The translations under genes and the position numbers were made by a program. A stretch of 62,844 bases of DNA, the filler included. It is 6 parts of 6 records of this genome, joined end to end, with 100 filler letters (N's around TTAATTAATTAA, not from the genome) between each part and the next. Parts side by side here need not be neighbours in the genome. Positions count along the whole stretch, not along the records: positions 1 to 25,692 come from SRR31156797_1767; 5 more parts are not named here. One strand, given 5' to 3'. Position 1 is the stretch's first letter. Every line of letters starts with the position of its first letter. Shown piece after piece: positions 9,552 through 19,883 of the stretch. The notes beneath the pieces are model-generated. The model did not search any database. It was not told the DNA's origin and saw only the letters and a list, made by a program, of their open reading frames with translations.

Positions 9552-10499
9552 TTATTTCTTAACAGAAACGTTCAAGTCTTTACTTTTATTCGTTTTACCA
9601 AAGCTGCTGCCGATGCTGACCACAACCTGATTGGTGCCAGGTACACCTTCGTTCAGCGCACGGAATTTAATCTTGTTTTTAGGAATGTGTGCTTGGTCGT
9701 TTACGAACTTGATCAGCCCGTAAAGCCTTTTAAAGGATACGGAGTTGGCCATGCTGGATGAGACCGCTTCATGATTGAGCGTCGCAGTAAGCAGTAACCC
9801 TTTTTGCATGATTACAGATTCATTCTGCTTTACCCATGCCAGCAGCTCTGATTCGGTCTTTTCTTCAAGGGTACTGGTCAACTTGTTGTAAAGAATGATG
9901 ACCCGGTTTTTATTGTTCAATCCTTGAACCATCTTGGTAATAAACGGCGGCGGAACGAATTCATCTTCAGTCTGGACCTTTTTCTCAATTGCTCCTTTAG
10001 CTTCAAGACGCTTGATTTTATCAAGGGCGGCCTGAAGTTTTGCAGCAAGTTTGGGGTCCTTTGAGGTCTGTTGCTTTTTGACTTCTTCTTTGAGTCTTTG
10101 GAGTTCCTGATGGGCTGTCCATGCAGCACTTTCCGCAAGGGCCACTCTTTTCTGGAGCATTTTCTTTTCCCGCTCCAATTCTTCAATGTCAATGCGTTGG
10201 GGCTGGGGAGTAGTTACAAGGTCTTCTTTTCCCAGAACAGCACTTTGGGTCATGGCTTCGGTCAGTTTGTCCATAGAAGACGGTTTTTCCATAAAAGAAA
10301 GATCCTGCGCCGCAGCCACCAAGGTTTCCACTTGCTCGGTGGAGTGGGCGGCTCCGGGCTTAACTTCCTTGAGCGCAACAATATATGAGAGCGTTCCGGT
10401 TACCAGCACCATGAGCAGGGTGAAGAACACCATCATCATGAGTACGGTTGAGAGCGCATCAACAAAACCCGGCCACGGAGGGCCGCTATCAGCAGACAT
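9552..10499 (-). CDS. MotB/SiiA-like single-TM protein with C-terminal OmpA-like domain
   Basis: N-terminal PWPGFVDALSTVL with membrane Asp14, coiled-coil stalk, C-terminal ANSVSFKRLYGLIKFVNDQAHIPKNKI resembling the OmpA N..LS..RA..V...L...GI...RI pattern. Confidence 0.75.
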   Translation of the reverse strand: MSADSGPPWPGFVDALSTVLMMMVFFTLLMVLVTGTLSYIVALKEVKPGAAHSTEQVETLVAAAQDLSFMEKPSSMDKLTEAMTQSAVLGKEDLVTTPQPQRIDIEELEREKKMLQKRVALAESAAWTAHQELQRLKEEVKKQQTSKDPKLAAKLQAALDKIKRLEAKGAIEKKVQTEDEFVPPPFITKMVQGLNNKNRVIILYNKLTSTLEEKTESELLAWVKQNESVIMQKGLLLTATLNHEAVSSSMANSVSFKRLYGLIKFVNDQAHIPKNKIKFRALNEGVPGTNQVVVSIGSSFGKTNKSKDLNVSVKK

Positions 10500-10534
10500 T
10501 TATATTTTTCCCCGTAAAATCGTATATCTACAAT

Positions 10535-13500
10535 TTATGAAATGTTAAAATCAATATGGTCGTGATGCACTTCTACATCGACCACTGTGTGGGTTCCGGA
10601 AGTTGTGTCGGTGGTATTGCCGCCAGCCCCTTCCTTGGCCCCATTGAAATCCTGATCACTATTCGTGTTGAATATATCGTCAGTGGTTGTTCCGGTATCC
10701 ATGTCGTCTATGCTGAAACTGAATTCAGTTTTGGACGAGGCGATGGCTGTATCGCCAGAGTCATAGCCCTTGAGCTGAAGTACATAGTTGCCTTCAGTAA
10801 GCGCAGCAAAATTCTTGCTCCAGTTATCGCTAACCGCAACATCCTGAAAACCGTCATAAACAGTGTCACCAGCATCAACTACGCCGTTGTTGTTGGTATC
10901 CACATACAGACTGGCCTTCACAGAAGCAACATCGGAGTCTTTTCCGAGGTCTGCACTGTAATTCAGGTCACTTTTGTCGAGATCAATGTATTGTGATTCC
11001 GATTCGTTACCGGCTTTATCAGTGATTTTTACTTCGGCGTAATCATAGGTGCTGGAGTCGTCTCTGAAAGAGAGTTCAATGTCATCTCCCTCGGTCAGGT
11101 CACCGGAACTAGTCTGAGTGGTATTGCCGTCAGTGTCATGCAGAGTCAGTTCATATTTGTAATGAGTGTCTGTGGTCGAAGGATCATTGTCTCCGGTATA
11201 ATGCGATTGTTCCAGAGATACATATCTTTTGGATCCAACAACATCTGCGGTCATGGTTAACTGGGTTTGGTTGATGTTGTTGTTGTCCAACTGGAAATCA
11301 ACAGTCGAAGCATCCGAAGTGTTACCGGCCTGATCAATTGCCTTGATGCTTACGTTGTAGTTGCCGTCAGCAAGAGGGTGGGCGGAGTCATTGTCCAGAA
11401 AATCGAAATGGTAAGTTCCATCGGCGTTAACAGTGATATTCTGGATGTGGCTATCCTGATTTGCACTGTCCAAGGAATTGTATGTCCATGTTTCTAAACC
11501 ATTGCTGATGACAATGAGGTAGGCCATTTCAGTTGTGTAGTTAATGGACCTGTCCTCAGCAAATTTGCCTTCAAAGGTAAATGATTCACCGCTGGTCAGG
11601 ATTGATCCTACCTCTTCATTAAATCCGCGGTCGGAACTGCTGGACATGTTCATGGTCACAGTGGGGTCAGTTGTATCAACAACGAGGTTAACAGTTACGT
11701 TGTTGGCATCGCGCTGGTTGCCCACTGAATCATAAAATTTAAGGGTGTAAGTATAGCTGCCGTCATCAATGATGTTCAGATCCTGACTGGTCAGATCCAA
11801 TCGGGCGTTCCCGGAGCTGTTGACTGAACCGCTGGCAACCACTTGACCGTCAGACCTGACAAGTTCCACCAGAGACGTTCCTGACGCTGCCTTAACGATC
11901 AGGTCTGTGGTGTTGTCGTTGGTGTTGATGTTTACGACTTTACCAGTCTGTTCAACATAGGTGTTGACGGTTGTAGGGGTACTTCCGGTTTCATCAATCT
12001 GGGTAAAGGTAATGCCTTGTGCTGCTTCTGGCGGAGTCAGGTCCACGTGGATGGTGTAGTCTCTGGATTGGACGTTGCCCGCTTTATCTACTGTGACCAG
12101 CCTGTAGCTGTGGTCACCCTCTGCGAGGGCACTTGCGGACGGAACAGTGTAGTTCTGGTACGCATTTGCAAATGTTCCGCTTTTAACTGCAGTCAAATCC
12201 CCGGTGGTTTTGTCTACATAGTAGAGGACATAAGCCGCTCCGGTATCACCGATAATGTTCAGTTGCGGAGTGGCATCGTTGGTGTAAGTGTCGTCATCAT
12301 TTGCAAGATCGATGTAGGCGGAACGGGTGGGGCTGAGGTCCACCTCAAACGATAATGAGTCACTGGTGGAGGTGTTGCCCGCGGTATCGGTAATTTTAAC
12401 TGAGGCAGTATAATTGCCGTCCAGAAGGTTGCCGGGGGTGCATTCCCATGTACCGTTGGCATCGGCGGTTACAGTGTATTTGGTGATTGTGCCGTTCAAA
12501 GTGATGGAAACAACAACAGTAGCTCCGGCTTCTGCGTCCCCGGTGAGGACCAGATTACGGTCATTGGTGATGTTGTCTTTATCGTAAGCCACACTGGGAT
12601 TACGGAAACCACTGGGCAGGTCTGCATAGGAGCCGACTTTGGTTCCGCTGCTGTTCACAATATCGCCGTCTGCATCAGGGGCAAGGTAGGAATCATCTCC
12701 GGCCTTGATACCGATGGTCGGTTTATCGATGGTTGTGTCCAGATCGAGAATATTCGGGATTACGAGGTTGCTGCTGTTACCTGCAACGTCTGTGGAGTTA
12801 ACGGTAACCCGGTACTGGCCGTCCTTACCGTTCAGGATGGTTGCCAGCTCCCCGGTTTCATAGGAACCGTCGCTCCTGATGTTGTCTGAGTCCACAGTGT
12901 ATGTGTACTTTTCAGTACTTACAAAGTAATCCTTGCCGTCGATGATGGTTTTGTCTGCCGTATTGATTGTGTGACTGGTGCCGGCGCCATCGGTGTAAGA
13001 GTAAGTTCCGTTTCCGTTGTCGGTCAGCTCGTAAACCCTTTCGGCACTTACTTTGACTGTGCTGTCAGCTTCAACATTACCTTCAATGGTCGGATCATTT
13101 GTGATCCAGTCTCCATCGGTTCCGCTATCGTTTTTCAGATCGGCAGTGGGGTCCGGTGTGGAGTTGTCCACGTTGAGGGTAAAATTATCGGACCTTTTAC
13201 CATTAGCAACAACATAGTAAATATTTACGCCTGAAGGATTGGTACCGAAGTCGTAGGTCCAGACCCCGTTCTCTCCAGATTTGGATGTGCCGATCAGATT
13301 GTCACCGTCATCGTAAATTTTGACTTCCTGAAATGCCACCGCTGTACCGGTAAGGGTCAGCTTGGTGTCCGCGGCGAGCAGGGCGGTACTGGTGATGCCG
13401 TCACCGACAATATTGGTGTCGTCATCTGTTGCCAGCTCAACGGTTGGTTTGGCTGCGAGGTCCTGCAGGATTGTGAATTCTTTGGAGTCCTTGCTTACGT

Positions 13501-16500
13501 TTCCGGCCTTATCTGTGCTGGTGATGGTGGCAGTGTATTCTCCGCCTTGCAGATACGGATTATTGCTGCCTTGTCCGTAATGGTATTCCCAGTTACCGCT
13601 GGCATCAGCAATTGTGCTGGCGTCTAATCTCAGTACCTCGGTTCCGCTTTTATCCGTAATGGAAATAATGGTGGTAACATCGTTCTCGGTTGTGGATGTA
13701 CCTGCCAGACGCGGAGTCAAGTCGGTTATGGAATTAAGCGCGGAATCGGGATAAATATCGCCGTCATCCTCGGTCAGGTTGATTGCCGGGGTGGCGGGGC
13801 CATGTGTATCGAGGTTGATGGATATGGACTCAGCCTCAACGTTACCGGCCTTATCTTCAGAGACGATGATAACCTTATAGTATTTATCCCCGTCGCTGAG
13901 GTTGGGGGTAGCCACCCAACTTCCGTCACTGCCGACGGTTACTTCAGTTACCAACGATGCTTTGTTGGTTTCCATGAAAGTACGCAGCTGAGCATCATTC
14001 ATGGAAGTGGGGTCGGCACTGGCATTCAGGGCCGCTTCACTGTCGAAACTTATGACCATCATTCTGGCTTTGCTGCCGACTTCCGCTTTCCCTGAAAGTT
14101 CAGGGGTAGAGTCTTTGGTCAGGATGATCTCTTTAACCCCGATGTCGGTTTCCCCGGTATCGGAACCGGCATCCATTGCCAATGTCAGGTCATCAGAATC
14201 GTATTCTGAGTCGATGACAACGGTTTTGGTAGTTGTGGTGGGGTTACCGTAGGCATCAGTGGTGGTGAAAGTAAAAGTGTAAGTGCCGTCAGCCAGAGAT
14301 GTGGACATATCAATATGGTCCGCGGCAAGCTCTCCGGCATCATCATAGGTACGACTGAATGAAAATGAAGAATCTCCCGCTTTGGAGGCGGTGACTACAA
14401 GTGTGGTACCAACATCTTTCCGGATATTGAAATCCGGGTCTGAATCACGGGTTACCCAGTCCTGATCTGTGTTCGCACCAAAATACTGGGCAGTGGTATC
14501 CTCGGTCATGGAGATGACCGGAGCCGTGGGGTTGGAAGAAATTACAAGTTGGGAATCAAGGCTGATTGTTCCGGTATTGCCCGCAATGTCGGTGATCTTA
14601 GCGGTAACGTCATAGCTGCCGTCGGCTATGCCGCTGTCCGGGGTAATGGTCCAGTTTCCGTTTTTGTCGGCAGTCACGCTTTCGGCGTACTCTACGTCGT
14701 TACCAAATTTATCTGTACCCTTGATGAGCAGTTCCACCAGAGCATAGGCTTCGGTTGTTCCCTGCATGGTCGGGGTATGGTCACTGGTGGCATTATCACC
14801 GCTGACCCCGGTGTCGGAACCAGCTGCCAGTCTGATAGTGCTGGTATCGGTATCGACCTTGTTGTCGAGGACCAAAGTCTTGTGCAGGGTAGTGCTGTTT
14901 CCTGCTGGGTCGGTGGCTTTGATGACAACATCGTTGTTGCCGAGATTCAGCTTGTTGTTATCCAGGCTGAGTGTTGAAAGATCAAAGTTGATTTTACCCG
15001 CAGCAGCTTCAGCATCGGTTACGGTGTGGGTAAAGGTGTGACCGTTCACTGTAACGGTAATGGTAGCACCTTCACTGGCGTCAACGTCAATACTCAGGTT
15101 GTCGTCAATGCTGGTGATCCAGTCATCGGTGTATGAACCACCGCGTCCGGTATCCAGTCCGCTGCCGAGGGCCGCGGAAATAACCGGGTCTGTGCGGTCG
15201 ATATTGATGTCGTAGGTGTCACTGGATGGAACAGTGGTCTGGTTGCCCGCAGCATCTTCGACAATGATTTTGAAATTGTGTTCGCCTTCAGAAATGTATT
15301 TGGCGGAGTCTGTGTCATCGCCAACATTAAAGGACCATTTGTAGCCGCTTCCGGTGTTGGTGATTGTCGCATTTCCGAGATAATGGGGATTGCCTGCACC
15401 ATCCACGCCGTCGTACACGCGTACAACAAGTTTGTCTGAACCTTCCTGAAGTGTTCCGGTCAGGGTCAGTTTGGTGGCATTAGTCTCATTGTCCACGTCG
15501 GAAAGACCGAGAGTGGCTGCATCTTCAACCTCAATATCCCCGACCACTGGAGCTTCATCATCAATGGTTACCGGGTAAATTGCTGAAGTGGCAGTGTTTC
15601 CGGCAGCATCCTCAGCAACTGCAATGAATTGGAGATCTGTCGTATTATTCTCATAGGCGGAAGCATCAAAGGAAACAGTCTGACCGTTTGTGGCTGACCC
15701 GACCAGAGTCGCTTTGTAATCCACGCCGCCCACAGTGATGGTGTGAGTCCCGGCAGCATCTACAACATAGACGCTGATGGTATCATCGTGGTCTCCGGTT
15801 ACCTTGAATTCAATATCAGTATCTTTGGTGCCGGAGCCGTCTTTTACGAATCCGGTGATGTTATCGCCAACTGTTCCCGGACCGCCGATGGTGTTGCTGG
15901 CAGCATCAAGGGCAATGGTCGGAATGGATATCTGCTGATCGGAGGTAAAGGTGAAAGTCTCGGACGCGTCACTCACGTTACCTGCGGCGTCTTCCACAGT
16001 GACGTAATAGGAGTACTTCTGATCATGTACTAGTCCGGTTACATCATAGGACCAGTTTATTGATCCGCCTGATTCGGTAATGGAAAGGAGTCCTCCGCCA
16101 TCAGTCTGGCTGTGCGCAATTTCGGTAACAGTGCCGTCCGCATTCTTGCGGTAGAGGGTGACAATTACATCATCCGCACCTTCGAGAATCTTACCTGTGA
16201 GGGTAAGTCTGTCGCCTTTTACTGTCGCGGAATATCCGTTGGAGTCATGAGAAATTTTATCGTCACCAAGTCCGTCAATGGTGATGGTGGATTTTACCGG
16301 GGCGGTGTTGTCGACGGTCACGGTCAGGTCTGCGCTTTCAATGTTGCCTGCTACGTCTGTGATTTCAGCAACTATTTTAAGTTGCTCTGCGCCTGCTTTA
16401 CCATAAGTAGAAGCATCAAGATTGTATTTCCAGCTACCGTCTGCTTCGGCCTGAATATAACCTGCGGTGTTGATCAGGGTTTTGTTGCCGGCGGCATCTT

Positions 16501-18310
16501 CGAAATAGAGGTTAACCCGGCCTGCTGATCCGGCTCCTGTCCCGCTAATCTTCAGGAGTCCAGCACCGTCTGGATCGCTTGCTTCAGTTCCGTGAGTGTA
16601 GTCGTCTGTTTTGTTGCCAAGCTCAGCGCGGTGGTCTTGTGAATCACTGTCAGCATCAAGATCAATATCTAGACCCTCAGTGGGAGCAGTGCGGTCGATT
16701 TCTACGGGCAGACTGGAAGCAGGTTGGTAAATATTACCTGCCATATCCATGGCTTCGACCATGAAGGTATAGGTTCCGTCAGCTGGGATTTTGCTATTAT
16801 CTACAGTGTAGGTCCACGCAGTCTTAGCCGCGTTGAGGCTAGCTGTTCCAAGTTCGGTTTTGGTACCGTCTGCATTAGCCAGATATACTGTTACCTGACG
16901 CGTATCTGTAACAATATTACTGATGGTCAATTTTAGATCAGTTTCATTGGTTATTTTATCGTTCGCTGCGGCATCAGCATGGGTTCCCATGGAATCAGAC
17001 ACAGTGTCGAGAGCGATGGTCGCACCAGTAGTGAAAGATGTCTTAATTACTACATTTTGAATCTGCTGGGTCGTAGCCAGAGCATTACCCGCATCATCTT
17101 GGCCGGCGATGGTGAAGGTGTAGGTTCCATCAGCAAGTTCACTGCCTTCGGGGAAACGGTAGCTCCAGTTACCACTGCTGTTTACGGTGATATCCTTAAG
17201 GGTTCCTGTAACCGAACCGTCCGTACTGGTGTAAGTGATGGTCAGGATAGTATCGCTTTCGCCAGTACCTTCAATGAGCGGGCGGTTCTGGTTGGTGTAA
17301 ATTTTCCCCGCATCTTCCGCAAAGGTTACCTTGGAAGTTGAGTCTGCTGTAGCATCGTCATTGAGAGTCGGTGCTGTAGTATCTACTTCGACTTCCAATT
17401 TGCTTGATTTAGCTGCACTTTCTCCCGTTCCATCGACTATCTGGGCATAAAATTCGTGATCACCTTCGGCTGCTCCGGTGAGGGTGATATTGTAGTTGCC
17501 GTCTGCGTTGGCAGTTGCTTCCCCTACCTTTGACCCATCCATGAAAATGTTGAGTTTAGTGTTCGGATCAGCAGTGCCTGTAAGCTTCAGGTCCGTTTTG
17601 TTGGTGATTCCGTCTTCTTTGAATTTGGTTTCACTTGTATCACTGTCAGTAATCTTAATACCGGACTCTGATTCCTGAGAAAGGGCAATGGTTACCTTGC
17701 CACTGTTAGGAGTAGGGACGGGGATTGGGTCCGGTATAACGGGGTCTATGGGGTCTGTTTTATCCTTTTCCGGATCATCTGGGTCGTCTGATGGGTCATC
17801 GTGCTTATTTTCTTCAGTATCAATTTTATCAATTGTGTCAGGAGTACTGGAAAGACTCTCCTGCTGCGCAAACTTGTTGATATCATCGAACATGCGCTGC
17901 TGGGTCTTGAGGATGTCGTCGGTGGGGTCGGTGACGAGTGCTGCCTGAGCGTTCAGAAGTTGGCCTTCGCCGAGGTTGCCCTCGTCGGAGTTGCCTTCTT
18001 CGTCTTCTGAGGGGGTGGAATCATCGGTTACAGCTTCCCATTCAGGGGCTTCTTCGTCCTGCTTATCCATGTCAGGCATTTCCGAACGGTGAAACAGGCT
18101 CGGGGAATCAAGGGACTGGCCGTCGGAGAATTCCATGTTGACCTGTCCGTCAAGACTCATGATGTTACCTACAAAGAGGAATACCTGCTCTTCATTGGTC
18201 TGCTTATTGACCAGAATAAGGTCAGCACCTTTGAGGACGTAGTTATAGTCGTCAGGGGAGCCTTGGACATTATATGCTGTTGACGGAGAAACTTTCTGTG
18301 TGTCAGCCAT
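10535..18310 (-). CDS. Giant (2591 aa) T1SS-secreted Ig-like repeat adhesin (SiiE/BapA-like)
   Basis: Asp/Thr/Gly-rich, more than 15 D-x-A-G-N motifs at roughly 100-aa spacing, SD(T/S)G..GD.IT motifs, no Sec signal, embedded among T1SS genes. Confidence 0.9.
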   Translation of the reverse strand: MADTQKVSPSTAYNVQGSPDDYNYVLKGADLILVNKQTNEEQVFLFVGNIMSLDGQVNMEFSDGQSLDSPSLFHRSEMPDMDKQDEEAPEWEAVTDDSTPSEDEEGNSDEGNLGEGQLLNAQAALVTDPTDDILKTQQRMFDDINKFAQQESLSSTPDTIDKIDTEENKHDDPSDDPDDPEKDKTDPIDPVIPDPIPVPTPNSGKVTIALSQESESGIKITDSDTSETKFKEDGITNKTDLKLTGTADPNTKLNIFMDGSKVGEATANADGNYNITLTGAAEGDHEFYAQIVDGTGESAAKSSKLEVEVDTTAPTLNDDATADSTSKVTFAEDAGKIYTNQNRPLIEGTGESDTILTITYTSTDGSVTGTLKDITVNSSGNWSYRFPEGSELADGTYTFTIAGQDDAGNALATTQQIQNVVIKTSFTTGATIALDTVSDSMGTHADAAANDKITNETDLKLTISNIVTDTRQVTVYLANADGTKTELGTASLNAAKTAWTYTVDNSKIPADGTYTFMVEAMDMAGNIYQPASSLPVEIDRTAPTEGLDIDLDADSDSQDHRAELGNKTDDYTHGTEASDPDGAGLLKISGTGAGSAGRVNLYFEDAAGNKTLINTAGYIQAEADGSWKYNLDASTYGKAGAEQLKIVAEITDVAGNIESADLTVTVDNTAPVKSTITIDGLGDDKISHDSNGYSATVKGDRLTLTGKILEGADDVIVTLYRKNADGTVTEIAHSQTDGGGLLSITESGGSINWSYDVTGLVHDQKYSYYVTVEDAAGNVSDASETFTFTSDQQISIPTIALDAASNTIGGPGTVGDNITGFVKDGSGTKDTDIEFKVTGDHDDTISVYVVDAAGTHTITVGGVDYKATLVGSATNGQTVSFDASAYENNTTDLQFIAVAEDAAGNTATSAIYPVTIDDEAPVVGDIEVEDAATLGLSDVDNETNATKLTLTGTLQEGSDKLVVRVYDGVDGAGNPHYLGNATITNTGSGYKWSFNVGDDTDSAKYISEGEHNFKIIVEDAAGNQTTVPSSDTYDINIDRTDPVISAALGSGLDTGRGGSYTDDWITSIDDNLSIDVDASEGATITVTVNGHTFTHTVTDAEAAAGKINFDLSTLSLDNNKLNLGNNDVVIKATDPAGNSTTLHKTLVLDNKVDTDTSTIRLAAGSDTGVSGDNATSDHTPTMQGTTEAYALVELLIKGTDKFGNDVEYAESVTADKNGNWTITPDSGIADGSYDVTAKITDIAGNTGTISLDSQLVISSNPTAPVISMTEDTTAQYFGANTDQDWVTRDSDPDFNIRKDVGTTLVVTASKAGDSSFSFSRTYDDAGELAADHIDMSTSLADGTYTFTFTTTDAYGNPTTTTKTVVIDSEYDSDDLTLAMDAGSDTGETDIGVKEIILTKDSTPELSGKAEVGSKARMMVISFDSEAALNASADPTSMNDAQLRTFMETNKASLVTEVTVGSDGSWVATPNLSDGDKYYKVIIVSEDKAGNVEAESISINLDTHGPATPAINLTEDDGDIYPDSALNSITDLTPRLAGTSTTENDVTTIISITDKSGTEVLRLDASTIADASGNWEYHYGQGSNNPYLQGGEYTATITSTDKAGNVSKDSKEFTILQDLAAKPTVELATDDDTNIVGDGITSTALLAADTKLTLTGTAVAFQEVKIYDDGDNLIGTSKSGENGVWTYDFGTNPSGVNIYYVVANGKRSDNFTLNVDNSTPDPTADLKNDSGTDGDWITNDPTIEGNVEADSTVKVSAERVYELTDNGNGTYSYTDGAGTSHTINTADKTIIDGKDYFVSTEKYTYTVDSDNIRSDGSYETGELATILNGKDGQYRVTVNSTDVAGNSSNLVIPNILDLDTTIDKPTIGIKAGDDSYLAPDADGDIVNSSGTKVGSYADLPSGFRNPSVAYDKDNITNDRNLVLTGDAEAGATVVVSITLNGTITKYTVTADANGTWECTPGNLLDGNYTASVKITDTAGNTSTSDSLSFEVDLSPTRSAYIDLANDDDTYTNDATPQLNIIGDTGAAYVLYYVDKTTGDLTAVKSGTFANAYQNYTVPSASALAEGDHSYRLVTVDKAGNVQSRDYTIHVDLTPPEAAQGITFTQIDETGSTPTTVNTYVEQTGKVVNINTNDNTTDLIVKAASGTSLVELVRSDGQVVASGSVNSSGNARLDLTSQDLNIIDDGSYTYTLKFYDSVGNQRDANNVTVNLVVDTTDPTVTMNMSSSSDRGFNEEVGSILTSGESFTFEGKFAEDRSINYTTEMAYLIVISNGLETWTYNSLDSANQDSHIQNITVNADGTYHFDFLDNDSAHPLADGNYNVSIKAIDQAGNTSDASTVDFQLDNNNINQTQLTMTADVVGSKRYVSLEQSHYTGDNDPSTTDTHYKYELTLHDTDGNTTQTSSGDLTEGDDIELSFRDDSSTYDYAEVKITDKAGNESESQYIDLDKSDLNYSADLGKDSDVASVKASLYVDTNNNGVVDAGDTVYDGFQDVAVSDNWSKNFAALTEGNYVLQLKGYDSGDTAIASSKTEFSFSIDDMDTGTTTDDIFNTNSDQDFNGAKEGAGGNTTDTTSGTHTVVDVEVHHDHIDFNIS

Positions 18311-18312
18311 GA

Positions 18313-19866
18313 CTATTCACCTATAGCAGAGTAGAGGGAGTTGCTGTTTTCAAATGGAACTTCTTCCACTGATAGCCCCAGAATTTCGGGGAGTCTGCCT
18401 TGTTCGAGAAAAATATTGAGTGCCGCGCGGATTCTAGAATAGCGGGCGTTCACTTCGCGCACAGCTGCGCTTGTTTGCCCTTCGCGGGCAGTAATGAGAT
18501 CGAGCAGGGTTCGGATACCGAGATCAAATTCACTCAAGTAGAGGCTCATGAGGTTGATACTTGCATCATAGGCGTCCCGGGCAAGCTCGAATTCCTTTTT
18601 AGACGACTTGTGAGCATTGAAGGCATCGGAAAGGATATTCTGAACTTCAAGCTCGGTGGCTTCCTTGGTTGCCTGCAATCTTTTTAGTACGGCTTCTTCC
18701 CTTTTTACGCCTTCGTCTGTGGCATAGCCGTTGAACAGGTTCCAGTTGACGGTGACCTGAGCGTCCAGAGCATTTTCATAGCCATCGTATTTTTTGAATT
18801 CACTCTTGGCCTGCAACCTGTACCCGAATGAGGGGTAGTAGTTTGCTTCTACTGTGGAGACTGCTTTTTTCTGTGATTCAATTTCAGCATCATAAGCCCT
18901 GAGGTTTACGTTGTTGGCCTTGGCAATTTCGTAGGCTCCTTCGAGGGTCTCTGAAATTTTCATTTTAGCCATGGCAATGTCAGTTTCGACTTCATTGACA
19001 GGCTGCTTGATGATGTTTTCGAGAAGCAGTCTGGCTGTTTTGAGCTGCTGCTTCTGTACAGTGACTTGGGATTCAGTGGACCGCAGCGAGACTTCAACCT
19101 TGCGGGCATCAGCCTTTGAGGAGATACCGGCATTGTAGCGTTCCCAGAAAGTCTTCAGCAGTTTGTTGTAAAATTCCAAGCTGTTGTTGTATACCTGCAG
19201 GGTCTCCTGCGCCTGCATCACGCTCAGGTATGAGTTGATGGCAAGAGCTGCAATGTCTTCCTGTGTACGGGCCAGACGGTATTTCGCGCCTACAGCCTTC
19301 ATCTTGGCACTGTCCACACTGTCGTCCAGACCGCCGAAGTTGAAGAATGTCTGGGTCATGGCAACGGAGGACTGCCCGTAACTGGTGGTCTCTGTATCGA
19401 GGTTATGCGAAGGACCGGCCTGTGCTGTAAAGTCGATCCGTGGCATGTATACCTGACGGGCCATGCCGTACTCTGCATTCTTTTCAAGTAAAGAGTAGCG
19501 GGATGATGCCACCAGCGGATGGTTGCCTACAGCCAGTTCACAGGCATGCTGTAGGGTCAGGGGCGTCGCATTCGCTGCATTGGGACTGTTTTCCTGTAAG
19601 GAAGAGCCCTTCTCGCCGGGGTCTTCAATCTTGATGACTCCCTGTTTAAAGGATTCAATGTCCTCAGCGTTTTTGTACTCTTGGTTCTTATTTTCCAACC
19701 CCGAAAGGTTGACTGTTTCTACTGAGTTTTCCATTATAGGCTGGGGAGGAGTGCCTTGTGTGGAATTTTCTGCAAAAGAAACATTGCTCTGGAAAGTAAG
19801 GAGCGCACAGAGAATGCAAGCTGTTCCGAATTTCTTAATCATCATCCCTGACATATATTCACCCAA
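18313..19866 (-). CDS. TolC-family outer-membrane protein of the T1SS (SiiC/LapE-like)
   Basis: Signal peptide, two OEP repeats, WNLFNG, EFDLGIRTLLDLI. Confidence 0.93.
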   Translation of the reverse strand: MGEYMSGMMIKKFGTACILCALLTFQSNVSFAENSTQGTPPQPIMENSVETVNLSGLENKNQEYKNAEDIESFKQGVIKIEDPGEKGSSLQENSPNAANATPLTLQHACELAVGNHPLVASSRYSLLEKNAEYGMARQVYMPRIDFTAQAGPSHNLDTETTSYGQSSVAMTQTFFNFGGLDDSVDSAKMKAVGAKYRLARTQEDIAALAINSYLSVMQAQETLQVYNNSLEFYNKLLKTFWERYNAGISSKADARKVEVSLRSTESQVTVQKQQLKTARLLLENIIKQPVNEVETDIAMAKMKISETLEGAYEIAKANNVNLRAYDAEIESQKKAVSTVEANYYPSFGYRLQAKSEFKKYDGYENALDAQVTVNWNLFNGYATDEGVKREEAVLKRLQATKEATELEVQNILSDAFNAHKSSKKEFELARDAYDASINLMSLYLSEFDLGIRTLLDLITAREGQTSAAVREVNARYSRIRAALNIFLEQGRLPEILGLSVEEVPFENSNSLYSAIGE

Positions 19867-19883
19867 AATATTTAATAACTGGC

